Shown here: positions 26,800-36,632 of the stretch, piece by piece
Layout: each line of letters opens with the position of its first letter
Position numbering within the stretch: position 1 is the first letter of the stretch
Source of the DNA: Bacilli bacterium
Lineage (GTDB): Bacteria > Bacillota_I > Bacilli_A > RFN20 > CAG-826
NCBI GenBank assembly: GCA_024680795.1
Contig: JAILBR010000062.1
Span: 44,825 to 108,824 of the forward strand
Direction: 5' to 3'
DNA length: 64,000 nt
Notes under the pieces: generated by a model
Database searches by the model: none
What the model was told of the DNA's origin: nothing
The model's input: only the letters and a program-made list of their open reading frames with translations
Position numbers and translations under genes: made by a program

Positions 26800-29514
26800 A
26801 TGAGAAGATTGTGGGCTCATATAATTATTGCCTTCACTTGTGTAGTGACTGCTTTTGCTGCATTCCCTGCACTTCTTAAAGGCATTCAAACAAACGGTGA
26901 TTACAAGGCACGTCGTCAATTCACATATCAATTAACTGAAAAGAAAGTTTTAGAAGGTGATCCTGTTGCTTTAAAAGATGATAGTGCTAGTGTCGTAGCA
27001 AAAATCATGGAAGAAAGATTAGTGCAAGCTGGTGTTTCTTCATATGAAGTTGCTGTAGCTGGCAATGACACCATCAAAGTTACATTTGTAGCAGATAACG
27101 AAACCCAATATTCACAAATCACTACATATTTAGGTTTCTCTGGTTCTTTTGCTCTTATGAATAAGGACCCAGACGGCGAACCATTAGTGGCTAAAGATTT
27201 CTTAAATGGTTCTGCCTATTTAAAACAAGCGAACGTTAATGAATATCCAGCTCTTATCATTCCAGTTAAGACCGATAGTGAAGCATATAAGTCCATGATT
27301 AAATGGGCACAAGATAACCCAGAAGATGTTGAAAGTTCAGAAGAGGAGGATTCTTCCGAATCTGAAGAAAAAAAACAAACAGCCCCACTTTATTTAATCT
27401 ACAACTATGTTGAAGGTGATACATACAAAACTCTTACTGATTCCAATCGTTTCAATGAAAAAATCTTATTAACATTCAATGCTTTGACAGAAGACACTCT
27501 CTATTATGATAGTGACCACAATTCATTCTGCCAAGTCATTGGTTATTCTGATTCAAATAGCAATGGTTACGCTGATGCTAGCGAAGTTAAAGCAGCGTAT
27601 GACCAAGCTAACTTCTTATATAACTTATTTAGTTCCTCTGCTTACGACTATGATGTTGAAGTCATTAGAGGTTTAGCAGATGGCACACAAGTTTATGTTA
27701 ATGCAAAAGTGGAAAGTATCTTCTCTTATTCCAAGATTGCTTGGACAAGTACATTAACAGCCATCGTCGCAGCAATTATTATTGTTTCCTTATTATTAGT
27801 TGTTTTCTATCGTTTAGGAGCATTAAGTATTGCTACAACCACAATCGTTTCTTCTATCCTCTCATTCTTATTTGTTATTTTGACTGGTATGGAATATAAC
27901 ACTTTAGCTTTAGTTGGCTTAGTGACAATTGCTATCTTATCTTTGATAAGTGGTGTTATTTACCTCAACAAATTCAAAGAAGAGTGCTATAGAGGTCGTA
28001 CTTTAAAGAAAGCAAATTCTGAAGCAGCAAGAAAATCAACTTTACCTATCGTTGATGTTCATGTTGTGGCAGTGGTAGTTGGCTTATTCTGCTACTTACT
28101 TGGCGGAACAGCGTTACACTCATTCTCCGCTATCTTATTATTAGGTTCTTTAGCCTCTGTCTTATTAAACATCTTTGGTTTAAGAGGCATGATGTGGCTA
28201 GCCACAAACACAACCGCATTAACTGGCAAATATGAAATATTTGCTGTTGAATCAGATAAAGTTCCAGATCACATGACCGAAGAAAAACAAAAATATTTTG
28301 GTGCATACGCTGATCGTGACTTAACAAAATCTAAGAAACCAATTATGATTGGTGCTCTCGTCTTATTTATCGCTGCAGTTGTTGGCATTTCAGTTAATGG
28401 TGCTCTCCATAATGGCAACATCTTCAATCCACCAGCGGAACAAGTTACCACAAGTGAAATCTATGTTGAAGATACAGTCAAAGTTCTTTCTGATGAAAAG
28501 AGTTCCATGACTGAAGACGCTATTAGAACCATGTTTGGCAACATTAAACTTTGTGAAAAAGGTGAATCAAGCCAAGTCAAGTGGGATGACACTGATACAC
28601 ACCCAACCTTATTAAGCTATGTTTCAAAGATTAATACTTTTGAAACTTCTGATTCTGAAACTATTGAAGGTACAACTACTTCCTATAGCAATAAATACTT
28701 CGCTATTTCTTTAAATAAAGTTTTAGATGGTGAAAAGAATTATGCAGTTGCTAAAGATTATGCTACAACTGATGAATTCACATTAAATGCTTTATTAAAT
28801 AACTATTTCACAGATATCAATACAGATTATTCTAGCAGTGTTAAAACAACTGCAAGTTTAAAAGCTGTGACAACTTTAAATAATCTTCCAAGCGCAGATT
28901 GGAAATGGATTAGCATTTCTACTGCTATTGCGATCGGTGTTATCACCATCTACATGCTCATTAGATATCGCTTATCCAGAGGCTTAGCAAGCATTATTTA
29001 TCCAGCAACTGCTTCCGCAATTACTCTCGGATTATTCATGCTCTTAAATGTGATTGGATTAAATTTACCAGCAACAGTTGCTATTTTAATCCCTCTATCC
29101 ACAATATTTGCTTATACATTCATCATCTTTATTGCAAATAAAGAAAGAGAAATGATTGTCGATGAACGTAGCAAAGATAATAGTTATGAGCATCGTCAAG
29201 AATTATCAATTCGTGCATTAGGTATTGCTTTCACACCAGTACTCGCTACAAGTATCTTAGGCATCTATATGCTTATCAACTTCTTCGGATTTGGTCCTTC
29301 TGTGAATTCATATATCTATGTTGCAAGCTTAATCGGCGTGTTGGTAGCTCTCTTACTTGTCACTACAACATTTATTCCAGTTAGTAACTTCTTATTCAAA
29401 CAGTTCTCCAAGATTTCTTTCGAACCAAGAGTTAAGAAGAATAAGAAGACAAATCAAATTAAACAAAAATCTAACGAACCTGAAGAAGCAATCTTCATTG
29501 GTATCAACGATTAA
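26800..29514 (+). CDS. secDF: Protein translocase subunit SecDF (fused), RND-superfamily topology
   Basis: 904 aa: TM helix, large extracytoplasmic domain, five TM helices, second extracytoplasmic domain, five TM helices. TM blocks resemble SecD/SecF C-termini. ruvAB-secDF-recJ-relA synteny. Confidence 0.65.
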   Translation: MRRLWAHIIIAFTCVVTAFAAFPALLKGIQTNGDYKARRQFTYQLTEKKVLEGDPVALKDDSASVVAKIMEERLVQAGVSSYEVAVAGNDTIKVTFVADNETQYSQITTYLGFSGSFALMNKDPDGEPLVAKDFLNGSAYLKQANVNEYPALIIPVKTDSEAYKSMIKWAQDNPEDVESSEEEDSSESEEKKQTAPLYLIYNYVEGDTYKTLTDSNRFNEKILLTFNALTEDTLYYDSDHNSFCQVIGYSDSNSNGYADASEVKAAYDQANFLYNLFSSSAYDYDVEVIRGLADGTQVYVNAKVESIFSYSKIAWTSTLTAIVAAIIIVSLLLVVFYRLGALSIATTTIVSSILSFLFVILTGMEYNTLALVGLVTIAILSLISGVIYLNKFKEECYRGRTLKKANSEAARKSTLPIVDVHVVAVVVGLFCYLLGGTALHSFSAILLLGSLASVLLNIFGLRGMMWLATNTTALTGKYEIFAVESDKVPDHMTEEKQKYFGAYADRDLTKSKKPIMIGALVLFIAAVVGISVNGALHNGNIFNPPAEQVTTSEIYVEDTVKVLSDEKSSMTEDAIRTMFGNIKLCEKGESSQVKWDDTDTHPTLLSYVSKINTFETSDSETIEGTTTSYSNKYFAISLNKVLDGEKNYAVAKDYATTDEFTLNALLNNYFTDINTDYSSSVKTTASLKAVTTLNNLPSADWKWISISTAIAIGVITIYMLIRYRLSRGLASIIYPATASAITLGLFMLLNVIGLNLPATVAILIPLSTIFAYTFIIFIANKEREMIVDERSKDNSYEHRQELSIRALGIAFTPVLATSILGIYMLINFFGFGPSVNSYIYVASLIGVLVALLLVTTTFIPVSNFLFKQFSKISFEPRVKKNKKTNQIKQKSNEPEEAIFIGIND

Positions 29515-29529
29515 TCAATCATTAGTTTT

Positions 29530-29555
29530 AGCTACACTTTATGTGTAGCTTTTTA
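29530..29555 (+). terminator. Rho-independent terminator after secDF
   Basis: Stem agctacac/gtgtagct followed by TTTT. Ends 5 nt before the recJ-like ATG. Confidence 0.65.
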
Positions 29556-29560
29556 AACCT

Positions 29561-31114
29561 ATGAACAAATCACTCTTAGAAAAATTATTAGATTTTTATC
29601 ATATTTCTTATGAAGAGTATCAAGAATTGACTAAACCTGTTACTCTTGATAGCTTTTGTGATGGTCATAGATTTGACGATATTGATAAAGCGGTTAGCTT
29701 AGTCAAAGAAGTGATTAATAATAAAGGCAAAATTGTTATTTATGGTGATTATGATGCAGATGGCATTATGGGGACAAGCATCTTAACTAAGATGTTCCAA
29801 TATTTAGATGTCGTCGTCAGTTACTATATTCCTAATCGTTATCAAGATGGATATGGAATAACTCTTAAACACGCACAAGAGTTTATTGATGAAGGATTTG
29901 AACTTGTTATTACTGTCGATAATGGGATATCCGCTTTTGAGCCAATTAAGTTATTAAAGGATAATGGTGTTAAGGTTTTAATCCTTGATCACCATGAGGT
30001 GCAAGAAACTGTGCCTAATGCAGACGCTATTTGTCATCCAACTTATTCTCATTTTGGATTAACAGCTTCTAGTGGGGCATTTACCGCCTTTATTTATTCG
30101 ATATCTTTATTAGGTAGAGTTGATAAATATTTAGCTACTTTAGCGTCAATATCACTTATAAGTGATATGATGCCATTATTAGACTATAATCGCAATTTAT
30201 TAAGAGCAGTTTTTAACTCTTATAAACCAGGAGAATTTTTGCCAATTGATCTTTTAGCGGATGGAGAAAAACTCGATGAAACCGTGATTGGCATGAAGGT
30301 TGCTCCGCGCATTAACTCGATTGGTAGATTGTGTGAAGATAGTTCAATCGGCGATATTGTAAAATATTTTGTCAGTGACGATCGCGATTTTGTTTTAAAC
30401 TACTTTTCCCATATCTGTGATGTGAATGAAGAGAGAAAAAATCTCACTAAACAAGATTCTGATAACTTAAATATTGAATCTAATCAAAAAGCAATCGTTT
30501 TACTTGGCGACTTTAAGGAAGGAATGATTGGTTTAATCGCAAATTCGATAGTTAATAAGTATCATGTACCTACCGTTGTCTTATGCAAAAGTATAGAAGG
30601 ATTAAAAGGTAGCGCTAGATCTCCAGAAGGCTATAACATCGTTAAGATTTTTAATGCATTATCTCATTTATTGGTGACATTTGGTGGTCACGCTTTGGCA
30701 GGCGGATGCTCATTAAAAGAAGAGAACTTTGAGGCATTTAGGCAGGGCTTTATCGATGAAGTTAGTGGTAGTGAAGTTGTTTACGAACCCCATCCAGTCA
30801 TCAATTTAGCGTTTAGCGAAGTGAATTTTGAAAACTATGAACTCATTCAATCATTTGCTCCTTTTGGTGAATCTTGGGAAGCTCCGAATTTCATGATTAA
30901 GCATGTAAAAACTGATGCTTTAACTTTCTCTAGAGATGAAAAACATATCGTCACCAAAGTTAGTGATTCTTTAAAACTAATCGGATTTGGTTTTTCTAAA
31001 TCTATAGTTAGAGAAAATACTTTTATTAACATTATTGGAACAATCAAAAAAGGCAGTTTCTATGGCCGTTCTTATTTGGAATTTTCAATAAGGGATATCG
31101 AGCCATATATTTAA
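29561..31114 (+). CDS. recJ: DHH/DHHA1 family single-stranded-DNA exonuclease RecJ-like (short form without OB-fold domain)
   Basis: Motifs 'YGDYDADGIMGT' and 'ILDHHE', and the GGH motif 'FGGHALAGG'. 517 aa. Synteny with Bacillus yrvE. Confidence 0.7.
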   Translation: MNKSLLEKLLDFYHISYEEYQELTKPVTLDSFCDGHRFDDIDKAVSLVKEVINNKGKIVIYGDYDADGIMGTSILTKMFQYLDVVVSYYIPNRYQDGYGITLKHAQEFIDEGFELVITVDNGISAFEPIKLLKDNGVKVLILDHHEVQETVPNADAICHPTYSHFGLTASSGAFTAFIYSISLLGRVDKYLATLASISLISDMMPLLDYNRNLLRAVFNSYKPGEFLPIDLLADGEKLDETVIGMKVAPRINSIGRLCEDSSIGDIVKYFVSDDRDFVLNYFSHICDVNEERKNLTKQDSDNLNIESNQKAIVLLGDFKEGMIGLIANSIVNKYHVPTVVLCKSIEGLKGSARSPEGYNIVKIFNALSHLLVTFGGHALAGGCSLKEENFEAFRQGFIDEVSGSEVVYEPHPVINLAFSEVNFENYELIQSFAPFGESWEAPNFMIKHVKTDALTFSRDEKHIVTKVSDSLKLIGFGFSKSIVRENTFINIIGTIKKGSFYGRSYLEFSIRDIEPYI

Positions 31115-31149
31115 ACTACATTTATCTTTCATCTGTCTTTAAAAAAGCG

Positions 31150-31178
31150 AATATAGTACGTGCGACTATATTTTTTTA
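31150..31178 (+). terminator. Rho-independent terminator after the recJ-like gene
   Basis: Stem aatatagt/actatatt followed by TTTTTTT. Confidence 0.6.
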
Positions 31179-31227
31179 TTTTTTCTCACTTTTATATATT
31201 TATAAAACGGACTAAAATATAACTAAT

Positions 31228-33435
31228 ATGGCAACAAAACTACCAATCAATGGGGGATATCCCTTACATACCTTCGAACAATTAGAAGAAGTTTATAAGA
31301 GCTACATCACAGAAGCTGAAGATCAAAAATGCATTAAAGATGCTTATGATTTTATTATTGACAAACATAAAGGCCAAGTGAGAAAAACTGGTGAGCCATA
31401 TTATCATCATCTCGTCGAAGTGGCGTATATCTTAGCAAAATTACAAAGCGGACCTTCCACAATTGTGGCTGGCTTACTTCATGATGTTGTTGAAGATACA
31501 GATGTCACTGTTGAACAAATTAAAGAGAGATGGGGGCCACAAGTTGCAAAGATTGTCGACTCCTTAACCAAAATTCAACGTTTAAAACTCTCGAAGATGA
31601 AAGGCACTGATTTTGAAGCTGAAGATCATAGAAAGATCTTCATCGGTATGGCTAAGGACATCCGTGTTATTCTTATCAAACTTGCGGATCGTCTCCATAA
31701 CATGCGTACGTTAGCGGCTTTATCTCCAGAAAGACAAGTGGCTATCTCTAAAGAAACAATGGAAGTCTTTGTGCCAATAGCATCTCGTCTTGGTTTAGAC
31801 GCGATTAAGTGCGAATTAGCTGACCTATGTTTGAAATATTTAGAGCCTGCTAGATATGAAGAAATCTCTAGCATGTTAGCCACAAAGACTAAGTTTTTAT
31901 CTAAATCTCTTAATGTCTTTAAAAAGAAATTAGCGGATATTCTTTTCGAACATCAGATTCCTTTTGAGATTTCCGCTAGAGTTAAATCCATCTCTTCTAT
32001 CTATGAAAAGATGTATGTCAAAGGACGTAACTTTGACGAAATATATGATATTCTCGCCTTGAGAATCATTACTGAAACTGAATTACAATGCTATGAGATT
32101 CTTGGTTTGATTCATCAAGTCTATACACCTGTTCCAGGCAGATTTAAAGATTATATTGCAATGCCGAAGACTAATCTTTATCAATCACTTCATACCACAG
32201 TTATTTCTGGTGATGGTAACTTCTGTGAAGTACAAATCAGAACTAAACACATGGATGAAATTGCCGAAGCTGGTGTTGCCGCTCACTGGGCTTATAAAGA
32301 ACATACTGGTTATAATCCAGATAAAGAACAAAAAGAAATTGAAGATAAATTACACTGGTTTAGAGACTTTGTCTCTATCTCCAAAAATAATAAGGGACAA
32401 AACGCAAGCGAATATATCGAAACATTAACTAAAGATATCTTCGAAGCTAACGTCTATGTCTTCACTCCAAATGGCAAAGTCATTGAACTTCCTGCCGGAT
32501 CAACTCCTGTAGATTTTGCTTATCGTATTCATACGAAAGTAGGAGATACTGCTTATGGAGCGTTAGTGAATGGAATTATGGTTCCTTTATATACAGTGTT
32601 AAAAACTGGAGATATGGTGGAAATCAAAACCAGTAAAAACTCTGGACCAAGCGAAGGTTGGCTAGAATTTGTTAAAACAAATACCGCAAAGAGCCAAATC
32701 AAAAAGTTCTTAGCCAAGAAAAATGCTGAATTGATTAGAGAAGAGAAGATTCAAAAAGGTCGTCAATCGGTTATTGATGCCTTCAAAGATCGTGAAATTG
32801 AAGAAGCAAAAGCACTCGAACTTGTTTCTTCTGAAAAAGTCCTTAATTATTTCAATTTCGATAATGTCGATGATTTATTCGTTGGGGTAAGCAATAGAAA
32901 ACCAACGACTTCCGCAATTATCGATTTCCTTGGTATTAAAAAGCCAGTGGTGTTCAGAACTAACCAAAATAAAAACCTTGGAAGTGATAAAATACCAGTT
33001 TACTGTAAAGGTGCTGATGGAATTGCAATTTCTTTAGGAAATTGTTGTACCCCAATACCCGGAGATAATATCGTTGGATATATCACTAGAGGTAAAGGAA
33101 TTACTGTTCATAGAATAAATTGTCCTAATGTATTAAATGAAAAAGAGAGATTAATTGATGTCTTCTGGAAAGACAACCTAGAATTTGCAACTTATCCAGT
33201 TGATATTTCCTTGGAAGCAAATGATAGACCTAATTTGTTGGTTGATATCATGAATACAATGAGTCCAACCAAAACAGTTATTTCTTCTTTGCACGCACAA
33301 GTGCAAAGCCATAATCGTGGCTTAGTGGTGGTAACGATGACGATATATGTCAGCGACGCAAAACGATTAAATGATATAAGTAATATTTTATTAAATATTA
33401 AAGGTGTGTATGGCGTTAGAAGGGTCATACACTAA
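31228..33435 (+). CDS. relA: Bifunctional (p)ppGpp synthetase/hydrolase RelA/SpoT (Rel)
   Basis: HD domain 'HDVVEDT', a synthetase domain, and C-terminal TGS and ACT regions. 735 aa. Confidence 0.9.
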   Translation: MATKLPINGGYPLHTFEQLEEVYKSYITEAEDQKCIKDAYDFIIDKHKGQVRKTGEPYYHHLVEVAYILAKLQSGPSTIVAGLLHDVVEDTDVTVEQIKERWGPQVAKIVDSLTKIQRLKLSKMKGTDFEAEDHRKIFIGMAKDIRVILIKLADRLHNMRTLAALSPERQVAISKETMEVFVPIASRLGLDAIKCELADLCLKYLEPARYEEISSMLATKTKFLSKSLNVFKKKLADILFEHQIPFEISARVKSISSIYEKMYVKGRNFDEIYDILALRIITETELQCYEILGLIHQVYTPVPGRFKDYIAMPKTNLYQSLHTTVISGDGNFCEVQIRTKHMDEIAEAGVAAHWAYKEHTGYNPDKEQKEIEDKLHWFRDFVSISKNNKGQNASEYIETLTKDIFEANVYVFTPNGKVIELPAGSTPVDFAYRIHTKVGDTAYGALVNGIMVPLYTVLKTGDMVEIKTSKNSGPSEGWLEFVKTNTAKSQIKKFLAKKNAELIREEKIQKGRQSVIDAFKDREIEEAKALELVSSEKVLNYFNFDNVDDLFVGVSNRKPTTSAIIDFLGIKKPVVFRTNQNKNLGSDKIPVYCKGADGIAISLGNCCTPIPGDNIVGYITRGKGITVHRINCPNVLNEKERLIDVFWKDNLEFATYPVDISLEANDRPNLLVDIMNTMSPTKTVISSLHAQVQSHNRGLVVVTMTIYVSDAKRLNDISNILLNIKGVYGVRRVIH

Positions 33436-33447
33436 AAGGGAGGTATT

Positions 33448-34830
33448 ATGGCAACAAACAATGTAAAAGGCACCCACGATGTAATCGCTACTGAAGCCAA
33501 TGCTTATAGCATGGTGGAAAGTGTGATGAAATCACTCGCCGAACTATATGGCTATAACGAAGTTAGATCACCAGTATTAGAATATACCGAAGTATTTTCA
33601 CGTGGTGTTGGTCAATCTAGTGATGTCGTTAGAAAAGAAATGTATACATTCGATGATAAAGGAGGAAGAAGTGTAACTCTTCGTCCAGAATTTACTGCTG
33701 GTATCATGAGACTTGTTATTCAAAACAAGTTATATGCCACCAACGAATTACCATTAAAACTTTATTACTGCGGACCTGTCTTTCGTTATGAAAGACCACA
33801 ATTAGGAAGATATCGTCAATTCAATCAATTCGGTATCGAATCTATTGGCCATGATTCTCCATATAATGATGTTGAAGCTATTGCTTTAGCGTATTCTATT
33901 CTTCAAAGTCTTGGTTTAGAGAATGTCACCATCAAAATCAACACCTTAGGTGATGAAGAAACAAGAAATAATTATCGTACTGCTTTAAGAGCATATTTCG
34001 AACCACATATTGACAATATGTGTGAAGACTGTAAGAGCAGATTTGAACTAAATCCTTTAAGAATCTTAGACTGCAAAGTCGACGAAGATCGCCCAATCAT
34101 TGATAAAGCACCTAAAGTCAGCGACTTCTTATCCGAGGCTAGCAAAGCTAGATTTGATGTAGTTTTAGAGAGTCTTGACGCTTTAGGAATTCCTTTTGAA
34201 GTTGATGATGCTTTAGTAAGAGGGTTAGATTATTACTCTGAAACCGTCTTCGAATTCCATTATCAAAGCTTAAAAGGCAACAATTATGGCGCAATTGGTG
34301 CTGGTGGACACTATGGAAAACTCATGAAAGACTTGGGTGGGCCAGATTATCCAGGCATCGGCTTCTCTTTTGGTATCGAAAGAATCATTTCTGTCCTTAG
34401 TGATGATGATTTATTACAAAATGTAGAAAGCAAACTTGATTTCTATGTTATGCCAATTGGTGATGAATCTAGACAATTTGCTTTAGGTGTAGCAACGATT
34501 TTACGTTCTGCTGGCTATAAAGTTGATATGTGTTTTGACAATATCAAAATGGGCAATATGTTCAAACGCGCAACCAATAAGAGAGCAAAATACGCTGTCA
34601 TCATCGGAGAAAACGAAGTCAAAGATAACAAAGTTGTCTTAAAAGATTTAGAAGTTCAAACACAGTTTGAAGCCTCAATCGAAGAGCTTGTTGACGTTGT
34701 CGATGATTTATTCGATCAAGATGAATGCTGCTGCAAAAAAGAAGGTAATGAGCACCATGAAGGATGTTGCCATAATCAAGAAGGCGAACATCATCACGGA
34801 TGCTGTCACAATAAAAAAGAGGGAGAATAA
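33448..34830 (+). CDS. hisS: Histidyl-tRNA synthetase with a 38-aa Cys/His-rich C-terminal extension
   Basis: Class II motifs 'TLRPEFTAG' and 'RYERPQ', 'GGHYG' and an anticodon-binding domain. The tail is 'DQDECCCKKEGNEHHEGCCHNQEGEHHHGCCHNKKEGE'. Confidence 0.9.
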   Translation: MATNNVKGTHDVIATEANAYSMVESVMKSLAELYGYNEVRSPVLEYTEVFSRGVGQSSDVVRKEMYTFDDKGGRSVTLRPEFTAGIMRLVIQNKLYATNELPLKLYYCGPVFRYERPQLGRYRQFNQFGIESIGHDSPYNDVEAIALAYSILQSLGLENVTIKINTLGDEETRNNYRTALRAYFEPHIDNMCEDCKSRFELNPLRILDCKVDEDRPIIDKAPKVSDFLSEASKARFDVVLESLDALGIPFEVDDALVRGLDYYSETVFEFHYQSLKGNNYGAIGAGGHYGKLMKDLGGPDYPGIGFSFGIERIISVLSDDDLLQNVESKLDFYVMPIGDESRQFALGVATILRSAGYKVDMCFDNIKMGNMFKRATNKRAKYAVIIGENEVKDNKVVLKDLEVQTQFEASIEELVDVVDDLFDQDECCCKKEGNEHHEGCCHNQEGEHHHGCCHNKKEGE

Positions 34831-34833
34831 CTC

Positions 34834-36570
34834 ATGAAAAGAACATGTTTTAACACCGAACTAAATGAGAGTAATGTTGGCCAAGAGGTCACATTAGTTG
34901 GTTGGGTTAGTAAGAAAAGAAACTTAGGCTCTATCGCTTTTATCGATTTAAGAGATAGAAGTGGAATTATCCAAATTGCATGTAATGAAGACACTAATTT
35001 ACCTGATGTGCGTAATGAATATGTCATTAGTGTCACGGGTAAGGTTTCATTAAGAAGCAATCCAAATCCAAATTTACCTACAGGTAAAATCGAAATAGTT
35101 GCTAGTGAAGTCAAAGTGGTGAATACTGCAAAGACTACACCAATGATTATTGCAGATGAAACCGATGCTTTAGAAGATACAAGATTAAAATATCGTTATC
35201 TCGATTTAAGAAGACCAATGATGCAAAAGTATCAAGATGTTAGACATAACATCAAGATGGCGGTTCATGAATATCTATCTAAACTTCGTTTCATTGAAGT
35301 GGAAACCCCAATTTTGACTTTGTCAACTCCTGAAGGAGCTAGAGATTACCTCGTTCCAAGTAGAGTGCACCATGGTAAATTCTATGCTTTACCACAATCA
35401 CCACAAATCTTTAAGCAATTATTGATGATTGGTGGATTTGAAAGATATTATCAAATCGCTAGATGCTTTAGAGATGAAGATTTAAGAGCGGATCGTCAAC
35501 CAGATTTCACTCAAATTGATATCGAAACTAGCTTCTTAGATCAAGATCAATTCCTCACAATGATGGAAGGTCTTATTAAAGATATCTTTAAACGTACAAT
35601 TAACTATGATGTAAAACTTCCATTAAGAAGACTTCCATATCAAGAAGCTATGGATAATTATGGTAGCGATAAACCAGATACCAGATTTGATATCAAACTC
35701 CATGATGTTAAAGAAGTATTCGCTAATAGCGAATTTGGTGGTTTTAAAGATGTTGAAGCTATCAAAGCCATCAAAGTCGATGGGGTAGCGCCTACTACAT
35801 CTAGAAAAGTGATTGATGGCTTAACTCTTGAAGCTAAGAAGTTTGGATTAGGCGGTTTAAGCGTTTTAAAGAAGGAAAATGGAGAGTTTACTGGCTCATT
35901 CGTTAAATTCCTTTCAGAAGAAGAAAAAGCCACTCTAAATAACGTTTTAGACGTTAATGACGATGATATTGTTATCATTGCTGCTGGCAAATACAACCGT
36001 GTCTGCCCATTATTAGGTTCTTTAAGATTAAAATACGCTAGAGAATTAAATCTCATTCAACCAGGAACCTTTGATTTATTATGGGTTATTGACTTCCCTC
36101 TCTTTGAGAGAGATGTGGAAAATGGCCAAATCACATCAACTCACCACCCATTTACCAGACCTAGAGATGAAGATCTTCAATATCTTGATACAGATCCAAC
36201 CAAGATTTTATCTTATGCTTATGATATAGTTATTAATGGATACGAAGCAGGTGGTGGTTCTTTAAGAATCTATGACCAAGACATTCAAAAGAAGATTTTC
36301 CAAGTCTTAGGTCTTTCTGATGAAGACATCAAACGTAAATTTGGTTTCTTCGTCGATGCTTTCCAATATGGAACTCCTCCACATGCAGGTATGGCTTTTG
36401 GCTTAGATAGATTAACAATGATTCTTGGCCAAACCGATAACATTCGTGATGTTATTGCCTTCCCTAAGAATCTCGCAGCAACATGCCCAATGTCAGGAGC
36501 ACCAAACATCGTTGACGAAGACCAACTTAATGATTTAGGAATTGCAGTTACAGATTGGGAAAATAAATAG
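34834..36570 (+). CDS. aspS: Aspartyl-tRNA synthetase
   Basis: OB-fold N-terminus, class II motifs and 'GGGSLRI' region. 578 aa. RBS GAGGGAG. Confidence 0.95.
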   Translation: MKRTCFNTELNESNVGQEVTLVGWVSKKRNLGSIAFIDLRDRSGIIQIACNEDTNLPDVRNEYVISVTGKVSLRSNPNPNLPTGKIEIVASEVKVVNTAKTTPMIIADETDALEDTRLKYRYLDLRRPMMQKYQDVRHNIKMAVHEYLSKLRFIEVETPILTLSTPEGARDYLVPSRVHHGKFYALPQSPQIFKQLLMIGGFERYYQIARCFRDEDLRADRQPDFTQIDIETSFLDQDQFLTMMEGLIKDIFKRTINYDVKLPLRRLPYQEAMDNYGSDKPDTRFDIKLHDVKEVFANSEFGGFKDVEAIKAIKVDGVAPTTSRKVIDGLTLEAKKFGLGGLSVLKKENGEFTGSFVKFLSEEEKATLNNVLDVNDDDIVIIAAGKYNRVCPLLGSLRLKYARELNLIQPGTFDLLWVIDFPLFERDVENGQITSTHHPFTRPRDEDLQYLDTDPTKILSYAYDIVINGYEAGGGSLRIYDQDIQKKIFQVLGLSDEDIKRKFGFFVDAFQYGTPPHAGMAFGLDRLTMILGQTDNIRDVIAFPKNLAATCPMSGAPNIVDEDQLNDLGIAVTDWENK

Positions 36571-36632
36571 TTTATAATTTGTAATTATAATAAATACTAA
36601 TTTAATACTAACTTTCTACTAAGGAGAACAAG

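Noticed and set aside
26800-29514. 904-aa membrane protein as a novel giant transporter
   Set aside because: The 1 + 5 + 5 TM-helix arrangement with two large loops, and its position directly after ruvAB and before recJ-relA, fit a fused SecDF.
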